This document shows, piece by piece, positions 25,113 to 34,901 of a stretch of 64,000 nt of DNA. The translations under genes were made by a program, and so were the position numbers. Where the stretch lies: positions 1 to 64,000 of the IMG/VR virus record IMGVR_UViG_3300047476_001057. One strand, 5' to 3'. This DNA comes from a virus. A model generated the notes under the pieces. The model did not search any database. It had not been told where the DNA came from and was given only the letters and a program-made list of their open reading frames with translations. The stretch's first letter is position 1. Every line of letters begins with the position of its first letter.

Positions 25113-25759
25113 TGAAAGAACCCAATCGTGTACGTAAGAATGAAATCAAGTTTGGCGTACAGTTAAATGAAGAGCAGAAAGAAGCCAAACAGTTGATAAG
25201 AGAAAATCAAGTGGTGGTGATTACAGGAAGAGCAGGATGTGGTAAGTCATTAGTTTCTGCACAGGTGGCTCTGGACTTTTTATTCCAGAAACAGATTCAG
25301 CAGATCCTGGTTACAAGAGCCACTATAGAAGTGGGTAACTCCCTTGGACTCTTACCTGGTTCTTTAGAAGACAAGTTTAATCCTTACTTGGAAGCATTCG
25401 TAGAGAACCTTCAGAAATGTGTAGACAAAAACCGAGTTGCACAGATGGTCAGTGAACAACAAGTGAGTGCAATGCCGGTGCAGTTTATTCGTGGTAAAAC
25501 CATAGATGATGTACTTATTGTAGAAGAAGCCCAGAATCTGACCAAAGCACAGATGCTGGCTATTCTTACACGTCTTGGTAAAACAGGAAAGATCATTATT
25601 AACGGGGACAATGAGCAGAAAGATATTAAGGATGAGTATAACGGATTGTCTTATGCTATTGAGCTTTCTAAAAAGATCACAGAAATAAAGTGGATCAAGT
25701 TAAAAGAAAACCATAGGTCTGACCTGGTAGGAAAGATCTTAGAATACGAGTATAAATGA
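25112..25759 (+). CDS. phoH: PhoH-family ATPase
   Basis: GRAGCGKS, FIRGKT, EEAQN, LTRLG, GDNEQ and HRS motifs. Confidence 0.92.
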   Translation: MKEPNRVRKNEIKFGVQLNEEQKEAKQLIRENQVVVITGRAGCGKSLVSAQVALDFLFQKQIQQILVTRATIEVGNSLGLLPGSLEDKFNPYLEAFVENLQKCVDKNRVAQMVSEQQVSAMPVQFIRGKTIDDVLIVEEAQNLTKAQMLAILTRLGKTGKIIINGDNEQKDIKDEYNGLSYAIELSKKITEIKWIKLKENHRSDLVGKILEYEYK

Positions 25760-26430
25760 GAGTGGTGTTTGACCATATCAACGGTTTTGGAAAGGTGAGT
25801 GACCAGGATTTCATTTACTCCCAACCTTATGGAGAACTGGAGCCAGGTGAATCAGCCGAGCAAGCACTTGAGCAGGGATGGATTCCCTGGGATGGATCCT
25901 GGTATAACCTACGTTCGGTAAGGATAGATGTTGCTTTATACAAACCACATGAAACTACCCGCAGGCTGGCCAAGAAAGTCCAGTGTAAGTATAAAAAGTT
26001 TGAGGACAAACCTATCTACAGGGAGCTGTATCAGAAGTATTGTGACTACCACGGGTTTGAAAGAACGATTACCTGGGAACAGTTATTTACTGGTGACATG
26101 ATTGCCTACTACGTAGATGAAAACATAGTGGGTTATTCTAACATTGAACGATACGGATCTGCACTGGTAGCTACGCAGTTTGTCTGGGACTATGAAGAGC
26201 CCAAGTTATCTCTTGGAAAAATTGCCCAGATGTACGAGTGTGAAACCGCAAAATCTTTAGGATGCACACATGTGTACATACTGGGTGGATATGAAGAATG
26301 TTGTTTGTATAAATCAGACTTCTACGGGTTTGAATGGTGGACCGGAAGAGGATGGCTTCAAGACAAAAAACTTTATAAAGAACTCTGTAAAAGAGATGAA
26401 AAAGCGGTGGTAAGTTATGACGATATATGA
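25756..26430 (+). CDS. aminoacyl-tRNA-protein transferase-like protein (ATE1/Bpt family)
   Basis: LEQGW...RSVRIDVALYKPHETTRR N-terminal segment and FVWDYEEPKLSLGK...AKSLG..HVYILGGY...LYKSDF C-terminal segment resemble ATE_N and ATE_C domains. Confidence 0.7.
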   Translation: MRVVFDHINGFGKVSDQDFIYSQPYGELEPGESAEQALEQGWIPWDGSWYNLRSVRIDVALYKPHETTRRLAKKVQCKYKKFEDKPIYRELYQKYCDYHGFERTITWEQLFTGDMIAYYVDENIVGYSNIERYGSALVATQFVWDYEEPKLSLGKIAQMYECETAKSLGCTHVYILGGYEECCLYKSDFYGFEWWTGRGWLQDKKLYKELCKRDEKAVVSYDDI

Positions 26431-26611
26431 ACCTGTGAACCGAGTAGAAGTGAGTACACCCAAAGGTGATGGGATCATCTGGCTTGTGACGGACTATGGA
26501 CATGAAACAAACACTATTTATACCGTGATTATAGATGCTACCGGTGAGTTCTGGCAGTTTACACACCAGGACATAAGAGCTAAGAAGAACATAACATTTG
26601 GAAGAACATGA
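26417..26611 (+). CDS. hypothetical protein
   Basis: 64-aa ORF overlapping both neighbours. Confidence 0.6.
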   Translation: MTIYEPVNRVEVSTPKGDGIIWLVTDYGHETNTIYTVIIDATGEFWQFTHQDIRAKKNITFGRT

Positions 26612-27120
26612 TTAGATTATTTGATATACAAAATGGAAAGGTGACAGCTTCAGAACATTGCTATACGCTGAAGTTTTTAAAGGATATTATGGATGAGTAT
26701 CCGGATGAACATTTACGGATATATGCGTATCTGTTTTACATGACTTGTCCTAATCCTGATCTTAATCCATTTTTTGATGTACCAGAACGGGATAAAGAGG
26801 AAATTATTTTACAAGAGGTGGATGCAGATTTTTCTACAGATGATGAACTAATCACACATGCTATAAAAAGATGTAAACAGTTGTATGAAACTCCAACATA
26901 TAGAGCATATGAAGGCATTAAAGTGGCTTTGGATAACATGGCCAATTTTATGAGAACTGAAACAGTAACATCTGGACGTGACGGATCAGCCACCGCTATT
27001 TTAAGAATAGCTGAACGATTTGACCAGGTGAGGCAATCTTTTAAAGGTGTTTATAGAGACCTGATGGAAGAACAACAATCACAAGTAAGAGGAGGACAAA
27101 ACCTAGCATATGATCAATAA
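26608..27120 (+). CDS. conserved hypothetical protein, possible terminase small subunit
   Basis: 170-aa helical protein about 1 kb upstream of terL; TerS role inferred from position only. Confidence 0.45.
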   Translation: MIRLFDIQNGKVTASEHCYTLKFLKDIMDEYPDEHLRIYAYLFYMTCPNPDLNPFFDVPERDKEEIILQEVDADFSTDDELITHAIKRCKQLYETPTYRAYEGIKVALDNMANFMRTETVTSGRDGSATAILRIAERFDQVRQSFKGVYRDLMEEQQSQVRGGQNLAYDQ

Positions 27121-27454
27121 CCTACATCACTACAGAGCAACTGTTACACGAATTTTAGATGGAGACACCGTAGAATTAGTAATTGACCTGGGCTTTACGG
27201 TTCAATGGAAATCTACCTGCAGACTCTTTGGTATTAACACTCCAGAACTGACAAGCAAAGACCCGCTAATTCGTGCTAAAGCACTAGAAGCAAAACAGTA
27301 TTTGATAGACAAGCTACCGCTAGGTGGCCAGGTGTATATCAAAAGCCGTGAGCTAGATAAATACGGAAGACCACTAGCAGATTTATATTATGCTGCAGAG
27401 TTTAAACATATTAACAAAGAGCTGCTTGACCTAGCACTAGCAGTGAAAATGTAA
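27110..27454 (+). CDS. thermonuclease (SNase-like)
   Basis: RILDGDT, RLFGINTPE and DKYGRPLA motifs. Confidence 0.9.
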   Translation: MINNLHHYRATVTRILDGDTVELVIDLGFTVQWKSTCRLFGINTPELTSKDPLIRAKALEAKQYLIDKLPLGGQVYIKSRELDKYGRPLADLYYAAEFKHINKELLDLALAVKM

Positions 27455-27553
27455 GGTGGTGGAACTGGCAGACACGCTACCCTGTCTCGGTGGTGCTCTC
27501 TTAGCGGTTTTTGAACCACGGAGAGTTTGGACGTTCGACTCGTCCCCTTACAG
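27450..27553 (+). tRNA. non-canonical tRNA: Leu-type body, GUC (Asp) anticodon, 35-nt variable arm (104 nt)
   Basis: TGTAAGG/CCTTACA+G acceptor; GTG-GAACTGGCAGA-CAC D-arm; CTACC-CTGTCTC-GGTGG anticodon arm; GCTCTC/GAGAGT long variable stem; GGACG-TTCGACT-CGTCC T-arm. Confidence 0.8.
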
Positions 27554-27576
27554 CTTAACCAATTAAAACCATACAC

Positions 27577-27873
27577 ATGGAAACGATGGATTTCGGTGGA
27601 GCTATCAAAGCTCTGAAAGCAGGTCAGAAAGTAGCACGTACAGGATGGAACGGTAAGAATATGTTCCTGACACTGGCAGGTGGCTACTCCATTCCTAAAG
27701 ACAAACTCAGACCAGGTACGCACATCACTGCTGAGTTTTTAGAAGCTCGTGGTGTAGATGAGATGGTCATCGTACCACATATTGACATGTGGACTGCTCA
27801 AAACAACTATGTATCCGGTTGGCTTGCATCTCAGACAGACATGTTAGCTGAAGACTGGATAGTAATAAACTAA
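27577..27873 (+). CDS. DUF2829-domain protein
   Basis: MDFGGAIKALKAGQKVARTGWNGKNMF...WLASQTDMLAEDW signature. Confidence 0.88.
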   Translation: METMDFGGAIKALKAGQKVARTGWNGKNMFLTLAGGYSIPKDKLRPGTHITAEFLEARGVDEMVIVPHIDMWTAQNNYVSGWLASQTDMLAEDWIVIN

Positions 27874-27885
27874 AGCGGATAAAAC

Positions 27886-27925
27886 GTGCAGTAGCCGCAG
27901 GGGTCCTAGGCCCCACTGCACTCCA
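27886..27925 (+). ncRNA. minihelix-like element ending in NCCA
   Basis: GTGCAGT/ACTGCAC stem, 7-nt linker, GGGG-TCCTAGG-CCCC hairpin, then TCCA. Confidence 0.35.
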
Positions 27926-27941
27926 TTTAAAATCCCAACCT

Positions 27942-28208
27942 ATGAAAAATGAAGTTTACACAGATCTTGAACCGTTTTCTACAGAACACCCTAGTGGACC
28001 TCGGAGTGCTCTTTACGATTTTGTCTTCCATTTTAATCCTTACACTAGCCTCTGGTCTGCTATTCATCGTGATGATTATCTGCAGTATTGGAGTGATGGC
28101 AGTCATTCCCGTGTTATTCGTAGTAAATCTGTTGATACTCTTCAGGAAATTATTATAAAGACAGGCGGAGTGTTGAGTAAAATAGAACAGTTGACCCGTG
28201 AGCAGTAA
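27942..28208 (+). CDS. hypothetical protein
   Basis: 88-aa ORF with CCTATG start, overlapping the terL start. Confidence 0.65.
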   Translation: MKNEVYTDLEPFSTEHPSGPRSALYDFVFHFNPYTSLWSAIHRDDYLQYWSDGSHSRVIRSKSVDTLQEIIIKTGGVLSKIEQLTREQ

Positions 28209-30402
28209 CATTTATAAAGAGGTTCCTACTTACGACAATGGTCAGTGGACAGTTACTACGTTTTATACCCGGGAAGAGTTCCGGGATTTTGTGTTGTTCC
28301 TGTTCAAAGAGCCTGGTCAGTATAACTTTGATGAAACCACCCGGATCTTCAATGCAGAAGGACGTAAGTTTCAGAAACAAGGATACTATTGTAATGCTCC
28401 TATTAAGAGTAAGGACTTCATTGCCTACTGGGATGACCAAAAAAACAAATGTCGCAACGGTATTATTGTAAAAGGAAACGGAAACACCTGGTTTGTTCCC
28501 AGGGATTACTATATGTGGCTAAACTTTCTTCCCATCTATGACAAGGAAGAAAAACGTTTTGACTTTGCTAAGGTGAGAGATGCCCAGTATCACATGGCAC
28601 TCTATGAACACCTGGCTGAACTGCACTACAAGCATGCTGTTATTTTAAAGAAACGTCAGATAGCCTCTTCTTATTTCCATATGGCTAAGCTGATCAACCA
28701 GTGGGTGTTTGAAGCAGGTTCTATTTGTAAGATTGGTTCTTCTTTAAAAGACTACATTAACGAGAAAGGATCCTGGAAGTTTCTCAATGAGTATAGAAAC
28801 TTCTTGAATGAACACACTGCTTGGTATAGACCAGCAGAACCGGACAAAGTGTTTGCCTGGGAACAGAAGATCAAGGTGCGTATAAATGGTCGTGATACAT
28901 ATAGAGGATTAAAGAGTACCATCAACGGATATTCATTTGAAAAAGATCCTACCAATGGTGTCGGTGGACCGGTTACTTACTTCTTTCATGAGGAAGCAGG
29001 TATTGCTCCTAAAATGGATGATACATATGGATTCATCAAACCTGCACTGAAATCTGGTCACATCATTACCGGTCAGTTTATAGCTGCAGGATCTGTGGGT
29101 GATCTGGACCAGTGTGAACCGATGAAAGAGTACATCATGCACCCGGAAGAAAACGGGTTTTATGGTGTAGAAAGTAGTTTATTAGATAAGGACGGTACGA
29201 TTAGTATAACTGGTCTGTTTATACCAGAGCAATGGAGTATGCCTCCTTATATAGATGATTATGGTAACTCTAAAGTGGAAGAAGCTCTGGCTGCTCTTGA
29301 TGCACAGTTTGAAAAAGCTAAGCGTGATCTTGCACCTGAAGCTTATCAGTTAGAAGTATCACAGCATCCTCGTAATATAGAAGAAGCATTTGCTACCAGA
29401 AAGGTGAGCGTGTTTCCTCCACATTTACTTAGTAAACAACTGCAGCGTATATCAGATAAAGTTTATCCCGTAGAATATCTTGATCTGTCAAGAAATGCAG
29501 AAGGAAAGATTATTGATAAACCAAGCAGAAAGATAGCTATATCAGAGTTTCCCATTTCTAAGAAGACAGAAGATAAAGAGGGAGTAATATGTGTGTATGA
29601 ACGACCTGCTAAAGATCCCACGTTTGGTATGTATTACGCTTCTGTGGACCCAGTAGGAGAAGGTAAGACTACAACTTCAGACTCTTTATGTGCTATTTAC
29701 ATATACAAAAACCCAGTAGAGGTTATTAAAGACCATGGTAATGGACAAATAGAAAACCATATAGAGCGTGACAAAATAGTTGCATCCTGGTGTGGGAGGT
29801 TTGATGATCTTAACAAAACCCATGAACGGCTGGAGATGCTCATAGAGTGGTATAATGCCTGGACAGTGGTCGAAAATAACGTAGCCCTGTTTATCCAGTA
29901 CATGATTTCTAAAAAGAAGCAGCGTTATCTGGTACCCAAGGACATGATCTTATTCCTAAAAGACATTGGTGCCAACCGCAACGTGTTCCAGGAATACGGG
30001 TGGAAAAACGTAGGTACTCTGTTTAAGGGAACCATCCTGTCTTATGGGATTGAGTTTTTAAAAGAGGAGCTGGATCACGAGACCAAAGCAGATGGAGAGA
30101 TCGTCAAGACTATCTATGGGGTGGAACGTATACCTGATCCTATGCTTTTAAAAGAGATGCAGGCTTATCAGGATGGTGTGAACGTGGACCGGTTAGTAGC
30201 TTTTTGTGCCCTGATAGCTTTTGCTAAGGTACAGCAGTCCAATAGAGGTTTTACTAAACGTGTAGAAGTTACAGATAAAAAGTTGGATAACTCCCAGAAA
30301 TTTAGTAAATTAAATTGGGGGCCTTTTAGACACATGGGCTCTTCTAAAGGAAGGTCTATAGGTATGCAAAAACCTAGAAACCCTTTTAAAAATCTTAGTT
30401 AA
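28198..30402 (+). CDS. terL: terminase large subunit
   Basis: YYMWLNF, LKKRQIASSY (Walker A region), FHEEAG (Walker B), ASVDPV and VENN nuclease motifs. Confidence 0.92.
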   Translation: MSSNIYKEVPTYDNGQWTVTTFYTREEFRDFVLFLFKEPGQYNFDETTRIFNAEGRKFQKQGYYCNAPIKSKDFIAYWDDQKNKCRNGIIVKGNGNTWFVPRDYYMWLNFLPIYDKEEKRFDFAKVRDAQYHMALYEHLAELHYKHAVILKKRQIASSYFHMAKLINQWVFEAGSICKIGSSLKDYINEKGSWKFLNEYRNFLNEHTAWYRPAEPDKVFAWEQKIKVRINGRDTYRGLKSTINGYSFEKDPTNGVGGPVTYFFHEEAGIAPKMDDTYGFIKPALKSGHIITGQFIAAGSVGDLDQCEPMKEYIMHPEENGFYGVESSLLDKDGTISITGLFIPEQWSMPPYIDDYGNSKVEEALAALDAQFEKAKRDLAPEAYQLEVSQHPRNIEEAFATRKVSVFPPHLLSKQLQRISDKVYPVEYLDLSRNAEGKIIDKPSRKIAISEFPISKKTEDKEGVICVYERPAKDPTFGMYYASVDPVGEGKTTTSDSLCAIYIYKNPVEVIKDHGNGQIENHIERDKIVASWCGRFDDLNKTHERLEMLIEWYNAWTVVENNVALFIQYMISKKKQRYLVPKDMILFLKDIGANRNVFQEYGWKNVGTLFKGTILSYGIEFLKEELDHETKADGEIVKTIYGVERIPDPMLLKEMQAYQDGVNVDRLVAFCALIAFAKVQQSNRGFTKRVEVTDKKLDNSQKFSKLNWGPFRHMGSSKGRSIGMQKPRNPFKNLS

Positions 30403-30405
30403 CCT

Positions 30406-30708
30406 ATGGAAAACACCAGTTTGCACACCCAAAAAGTGGCTATTCTCAGTCGTCTTGTAAAAGAAAGCTCTCTCACCCTGGAGGAAGCTTTGCTTCTTTT
30501 AAAGGATGAGGAGATAGAAGATACACCTGTGCAGGTTTCTCCTTCCTGGATTCCCGTAACATCTACACCTTACACCCAACCTTATTTTGGTAGTGTAATT
30601 TCGCCTTTGACCGGTAGTTCAACAGGAACTGTTACTGTTAATACTAGTGGCTCCAACACAACCACTACGTTTTCTCTTAATACTCCTACAGCTGACCTAA
30701 ATAATTAA
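30406..30708 (+). CDS. hypothetical Ser/Thr-rich protein
   Basis: 100-aa ORF between terL and portal. Confidence 0.6.
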   Translation: MENTSLHTQKVAILSRLVKESSLTLEEALLLLKDEEIEDTPVQVSPSWIPVTSTPYTQPYFGSVISPLTGSSTGTVTVNTSGSNTTTTFSLNTPTADLNN

Positions 30709-30713
30709 GAATC

Positions 30714-33464
30714 ATGCAGATATACAATGCTCTTGACCTCAAGGCAGGGAAGAAAACAGAGTACAACAAAATGGGTACTCTTACTCAACCTATTCAATTC
30801 CTTCCTAACTCGGAAAAGGATGAGGAATGGCGTGCATGGAATCTTGACTGGCTTGAATGGCAAGGTATGAAACAGCTCAGGCGTAATGCCCGCAGGCTGA
30901 TGAAGAACTACAAGCTGGCAAAAGGTATTATAGACAAGACCGATTATATTGTTGAAGAGGATAACCAGATGGCTGATCTTATTGATACTCTTACCAAAGA
31001 AGATCAATCAGCACTGGAACTTAAGTTTTACCCTATTATACCTAACGTAATTAACGTTTTGTGTAATGAGTTTTCACAAAGGGTATCTAAGATTATGTTT
31101 CGTGCTGTGGATGAGCTTTCTTATAATGAGATGTTAGAAGCTAAAAGAGCTGCTATAGAGCAGGTTCTTTTACAGGATGCTCAGAGAAAGATGACTATAC
31201 AAATGCTTGAGCAGGGAATGGATCCTGAGAGTGAAGAAGCACAACAAGCTTTTGCTCCTGAAAGTTTGAAGTCTTTACCAGAGATAGAACAGTTCTTTAA
31301 AAAGGACTATCGTTCTATGATTGAAGAATGGGCAGCTCACCAGAAGAGAGTAGATGAGGAAAGATTTAAGATGGATGAATTGGAAGAGCGTGCATTTAGA
31401 GATATGCTGATCACTGACCGTGAGTTTTGGCATTTCCGTATGATGGAAGATGACTATGAGATTGAGCTTTGGAACCCATTGCTTACTTTTTACCATAAGA
31501 GCCCGGACGTAAGATATATTTCCCAGGGTAATTGGGTTGGTAAAATTGATCTTCTGAGTGCATCTGACATCATTGATAAGTATGGTTGGATGATGACTAG
31601 GGAACAGCTGGAAGCAATTGAAACTATTTATCCTGTAAGATCTGCGGGTTATGCTGTACAGGGATACCAGAATGACGGCACTTACTATGACCCTACAAGA
31701 TCTCATGAGTGGAATACACAAATGCCATCTCTTGCATATCGTCAGTTTACAAGCTTGTATGATACCCAGTTTGGAACCGGTGATATTGTAGAGTGGATCC
31801 TTGCAGATTCAGAAGATACTATTGACTTTGGTAAACAGCACCTACTTCGTGTTACTACAGCATACTGGAAGAGCCAGCGTAAAGTGGGACACTTAACTAA
31901 GATTACTGAAGAAGGTGAGATCATACAAGAAATTGTATCAGAAGACTATAAGGTCACTGATAAGCCTTTGTATAATACAACTTTATATAAACAAAAGACC
32001 AAAGACACGTTAATTTTTGGTGAACATATTGACTGGATATGGATAAATGAAACATGGGGTGGTGTAAAGATTGGTCCCAATAGACCTGCTTTTTGGGGAC
32101 AAAATAACCCTGGTGGTATTAATCCAATCTATCTTGGTTTGAATGGAGGAAAACCAGGATCTATTCCATTCCAGTTTAAAGGAGATGCAACGCTTTATGG
32201 CTGTAAACTTCCTGTGGAAGGTGCTGTATTTGGTGACAGGAACACCCGCAGTATTTCACTGGTAGATCTGATGAAGCCATTCCAGATAGGCTATAACATA
32301 GTTAATAACCAGATTGCTGACATTCTCGTAGACGAGCTTGGCACAGTGATACTTTTGGACCAGAACGCTTTACCACGTCACTCTATGGGAGAAGACTGGG
32401 GTAAAAATAATCTGGCCAATGCCTATGTGGCTATGAAGAACTTCCAGATGTTACCGCTGGATACTACCATTACTAATACAGAGAACGCATTAAGTTTTCA
32501 GCATTATCAAGTACTTAATCTGGAGCAGACACAGCGTTTGCTTTCACGTATACAGCTTGCTACTTATTTTAAGAACCAGGCTTTTGAAGTCATTGGTTTG
32601 AACCCACAACGAATGGGTCAGCAAATGGGTGTACAAGACAGTGCAAAAGGTCTTGAAATGGTGCAGTCTGCATCTTATGCTCAGACAGAGCATTTGTTTA
32701 TACAGCACTCAGATTATTTAATGCCACGTGTACATCAGATGCGTACAGACCTGGCTCAATACTATAACTCTCGCAAGCCTTCATTAAGGCTTCAATACAT
32801 AACATCTGCAGACGAGAAAGTAAACTTTCAGATTAATGGTACAGATCTGCTTATGCGTGATCTAAATATTTTCTGTACTACTAAGGTTAACTCACGCTCT
32901 ATAATGGAGCAGATGAAACAGTTGGCTTTAAGTAATAACACAACTGGTGCTTCTATTTATGATCTTGGAAATATTATTAAGGCTGATTCTATAGCAGAGA
33001 TATCACATGTGCTAAAAGCTGCTGAAGAAAAAACCAGAGCTCAAAAAGAAGCCGAGTTCCAGCAACAACAACAACTCCAGCAGGAACAGCTTGCTTCTAT
33101 GGAAAGACAGAAACAAATGGATCTGCAATTTAGGGCAGAAGAAGCTGAGAAGGATCGTCAAAAAGATGTTACTGTGGCTGAGATCAGGGCTGCTGGTTAT
33201 GGTTCTACTATGGATATCAACCAAAACCAAGAATCTGACTATATGGATGCTTTGAAAGATATTCGTCAGACCGAGCAGTACCAGCAGACTATGAACTTTA
33301 AACGTGAGCAGGAAGTCAACAAGACTAGCATGAATCAGCAGAAACTAACGCTGGATCGTGAAAAACTACAGGCTCAAAAGGAAATAGCTGATAAGCAACT
33401 TGAGATAGCACGTGAGAATAAAAACAAGTATGACGTGCAGAAATCTAATAAGAAAACAAAATAA
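30714..33464 (+). CDS. portal protein
   Basis: 916 aa after terL; YPIIPNVINVL, C-terminal Gln-rich coiled-coil crown; crAss-like size and position. Confidence 0.85.
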   Translation: MQIYNALDLKAGKKTEYNKMGTLTQPIQFLPNSEKDEEWRAWNLDWLEWQGMKQLRRNARRLMKNYKLAKGIIDKTDYIVEEDNQMADLIDTLTKEDQSALELKFYPIIPNVINVLCNEFSQRVSKIMFRAVDELSYNEMLEAKRAAIEQVLLQDAQRKMTIQMLEQGMDPESEEAQQAFAPESLKSLPEIEQFFKKDYRSMIEEWAAHQKRVDEERFKMDELEERAFRDMLITDREFWHFRMMEDDYEIELWNPLLTFYHKSPDVRYISQGNWVGKIDLLSASDIIDKYGWMMTREQLEAIETIYPVRSAGYAVQGYQNDGTYYDPTRSHEWNTQMPSLAYRQFTSLYDTQFGTGDIVEWILADSEDTIDFGKQHLLRVTTAYWKSQRKVGHLTKITEEGEIIQEIVSEDYKVTDKPLYNTTLYKQKTKDTLIFGEHIDWIWINETWGGVKIGPNRPAFWGQNNPGGINPIYLGLNGGKPGSIPFQFKGDATLYGCKLPVEGAVFGDRNTRSISLVDLMKPFQIGYNIVNNQIADILVDELGTVILLDQNALPRHSMGEDWGKNNLANAYVAMKNFQMLPLDTTITNTENALSFQHYQVLNLEQTQRLLSRIQLATYFKNQAFEVIGLNPQRMGQQMGVQDSAKGLEMVQSASYAQTEHLFIQHSDYLMPRVHQMRTDLAQYYNSRKPSLRLQYITSADEKVNFQINGTDLLMRDLNIFCTTKVNSRSIMEQMKQLALSNNTTGASIYDLGNIIKADSIAEISHVLKAAEEKTRAQKEAEFQQQQQLQQEQLASMERQKQMDLQFRAEEAEKDRQKDVTVAEIRAAGYGSTMDINQNQESDYMDALKDIRQTEQYQQTMNFKREQEVNKTSMNQQKLTLDREKLQAQKEIADKQLEIARENKNKYDVQKSNKKTK

Positions 33465-33589
33465 GTCTTTTTAGTTATAGCTCTATTATACGGTCCTTAG
33501 CTCCTAAAGCTCTACAAAACATAAATTCGTAAGGTTTAAAGTTGTATATTTTAAATGTAGAGATATACAACAAAAACCAAACGTAATCT

Positions 33590-34864
33590 ATGGAAAACCA
33601 AACAAATGTACAAACATCTGTACAACAAGTAGATCTTGATATAGACAGCTGGTTAGGAGCACCTGGAGCTGACAGTATTGTTACTCCTGCAACACCACCT
33701 GCAGGATCAGATTCTAAGCCAAATATTTTTTCTGCAAAAGGTACCGATCTCAGTTTTTTGGACAAGGACGAAGAGGATGCTGATGATAAAGATGATGAAA
33801 ATCCAGATGCTGCTTCTAAAGGTCAGGTTTCCCGTGAAACAGTAGATGAGATTGTTAATGACCTGGATGACGAAGATCAGAATGATGCTGAGAGAAAATC
33901 CAAAGGTGGACGTCCCAAAACTGAGAAGTCTGGTCTTGTGGAGTTTTTGAAAAAACGTATAGAGTCAAAGGAAATGTTTGCCTTTGATGACTTTGATGAA
34001 AGTAAACAATCTCTGGATGATTACTTAGGTAGTCTTGCAGAAAAAGATATAGAAGAACTGTGGCAGGCTAATATGGATAACCTCAAAAATGAGGTGGCTG
34101 CCAAGACTCCACAGGAGTTTTTTGAATCTCTTCCGGATGAACTTCAATATGCTGCTAAATATGTAGCTGATGGAGGACAAGACCTAAAAGGACTGTTTAA
34201 AGCTCTTGCTCAAGTGGAGGAAGTTAGAGAGCTAGATCCTACCAAAGACAATGACCAGGAGTTTATTATCCGTCAGTATTTGCAGGCTACACAGTTTGGA
34301 ACTGCCGAAGAGATTGAAGAAGAGTTAACCACTTGGAAAGATCTTGGTGTTCTTGAAAAGAAAGCTAAGCAGTTTAAGCCAAAGTTGGACCAGATGCAAG
34401 AGGAAATTGTGCAGGCCCAACTGGTAGAACAAGAAGCTCGCCAGGCTCAGCAGCAGGAAGCAGCACAGGCTTACATGAATAATGTATTTGAAGCTCTTCG
34501 TCCTGCAGAAATCAACGGGTTAAAACTTGATAAAAAAACCCAGGCTCAACTATACTCTGGTCTTACTCAACCTCAGTATCCATCTATTAGTGGTCGTCCT
34601 ACAAACCTGTTAGGGCATCTTTTAGAGAAGTATCAATTTGTTGAGCCTAACTACCCACTGATTGCAGAAGCTCTTTGGCTTTTGTCTGATCCTGAGAATT
34701 ACAGATCACAATTGGTAAAAACTGGTAAGAATGAAGCTGTTGCTCAAACAGTAAGACAGTTAAAAACAGAACAGTCTAGAAAAAATACCAGCTCACCTGT
34801 TGAAGATAACGATGATCCAAGGCCACGCAAACTTACAAGGCCGGCTAACATATTCAAACGATAA
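33590..34864 (+). CDS. acidic scaffold-like head protein
   Basis: 424 aa, acidic and helical, between portal and MCP. Confidence 0.6.
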   Translation: MENQTNVQTSVQQVDLDIDSWLGAPGADSIVTPATPPAGSDSKPNIFSAKGTDLSFLDKDEEDADDKDDENPDAASKGQVSRETVDEIVNDLDDEDQNDAERKSKGGRPKTEKSGLVEFLKKRIESKEMFAFDDFDESKQSLDDYLGSLAEKDIEELWQANMDNLKNEVAAKTPQEFFESLPDELQYAAKYVADGGQDLKGLFKALAQVEEVRELDPTKDNDQEFIIRQYLQATQFGTAEEIEEELTTWKDLGVLEKKAKQFKPKLDQMQEEIVQAQLVEQEARQAQQQEAAQAYMNNVFEALRPAEINGLKLDKKTQAQLYSGLTQPQYPSISGRPTNLLGHLLEKYQFVEPNYPLIAEALWLLSDPENYRSQLVKTGKNEAVAQTVRQLKTEQSRKNTSSPVEDNDDPRPRKLTRPANIFKR

Positions 34865-34901
34865 GCTATTTATTTTATTAACCCCTTAAATCCGATGCCC
34901 T

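Noticed and set aside
27900-27914. Amber suppressor tRNA (CTA in a 7-nt loop)
   Set aside because: No D-arm or true T-arm, and the loop sits in the T-arm position.
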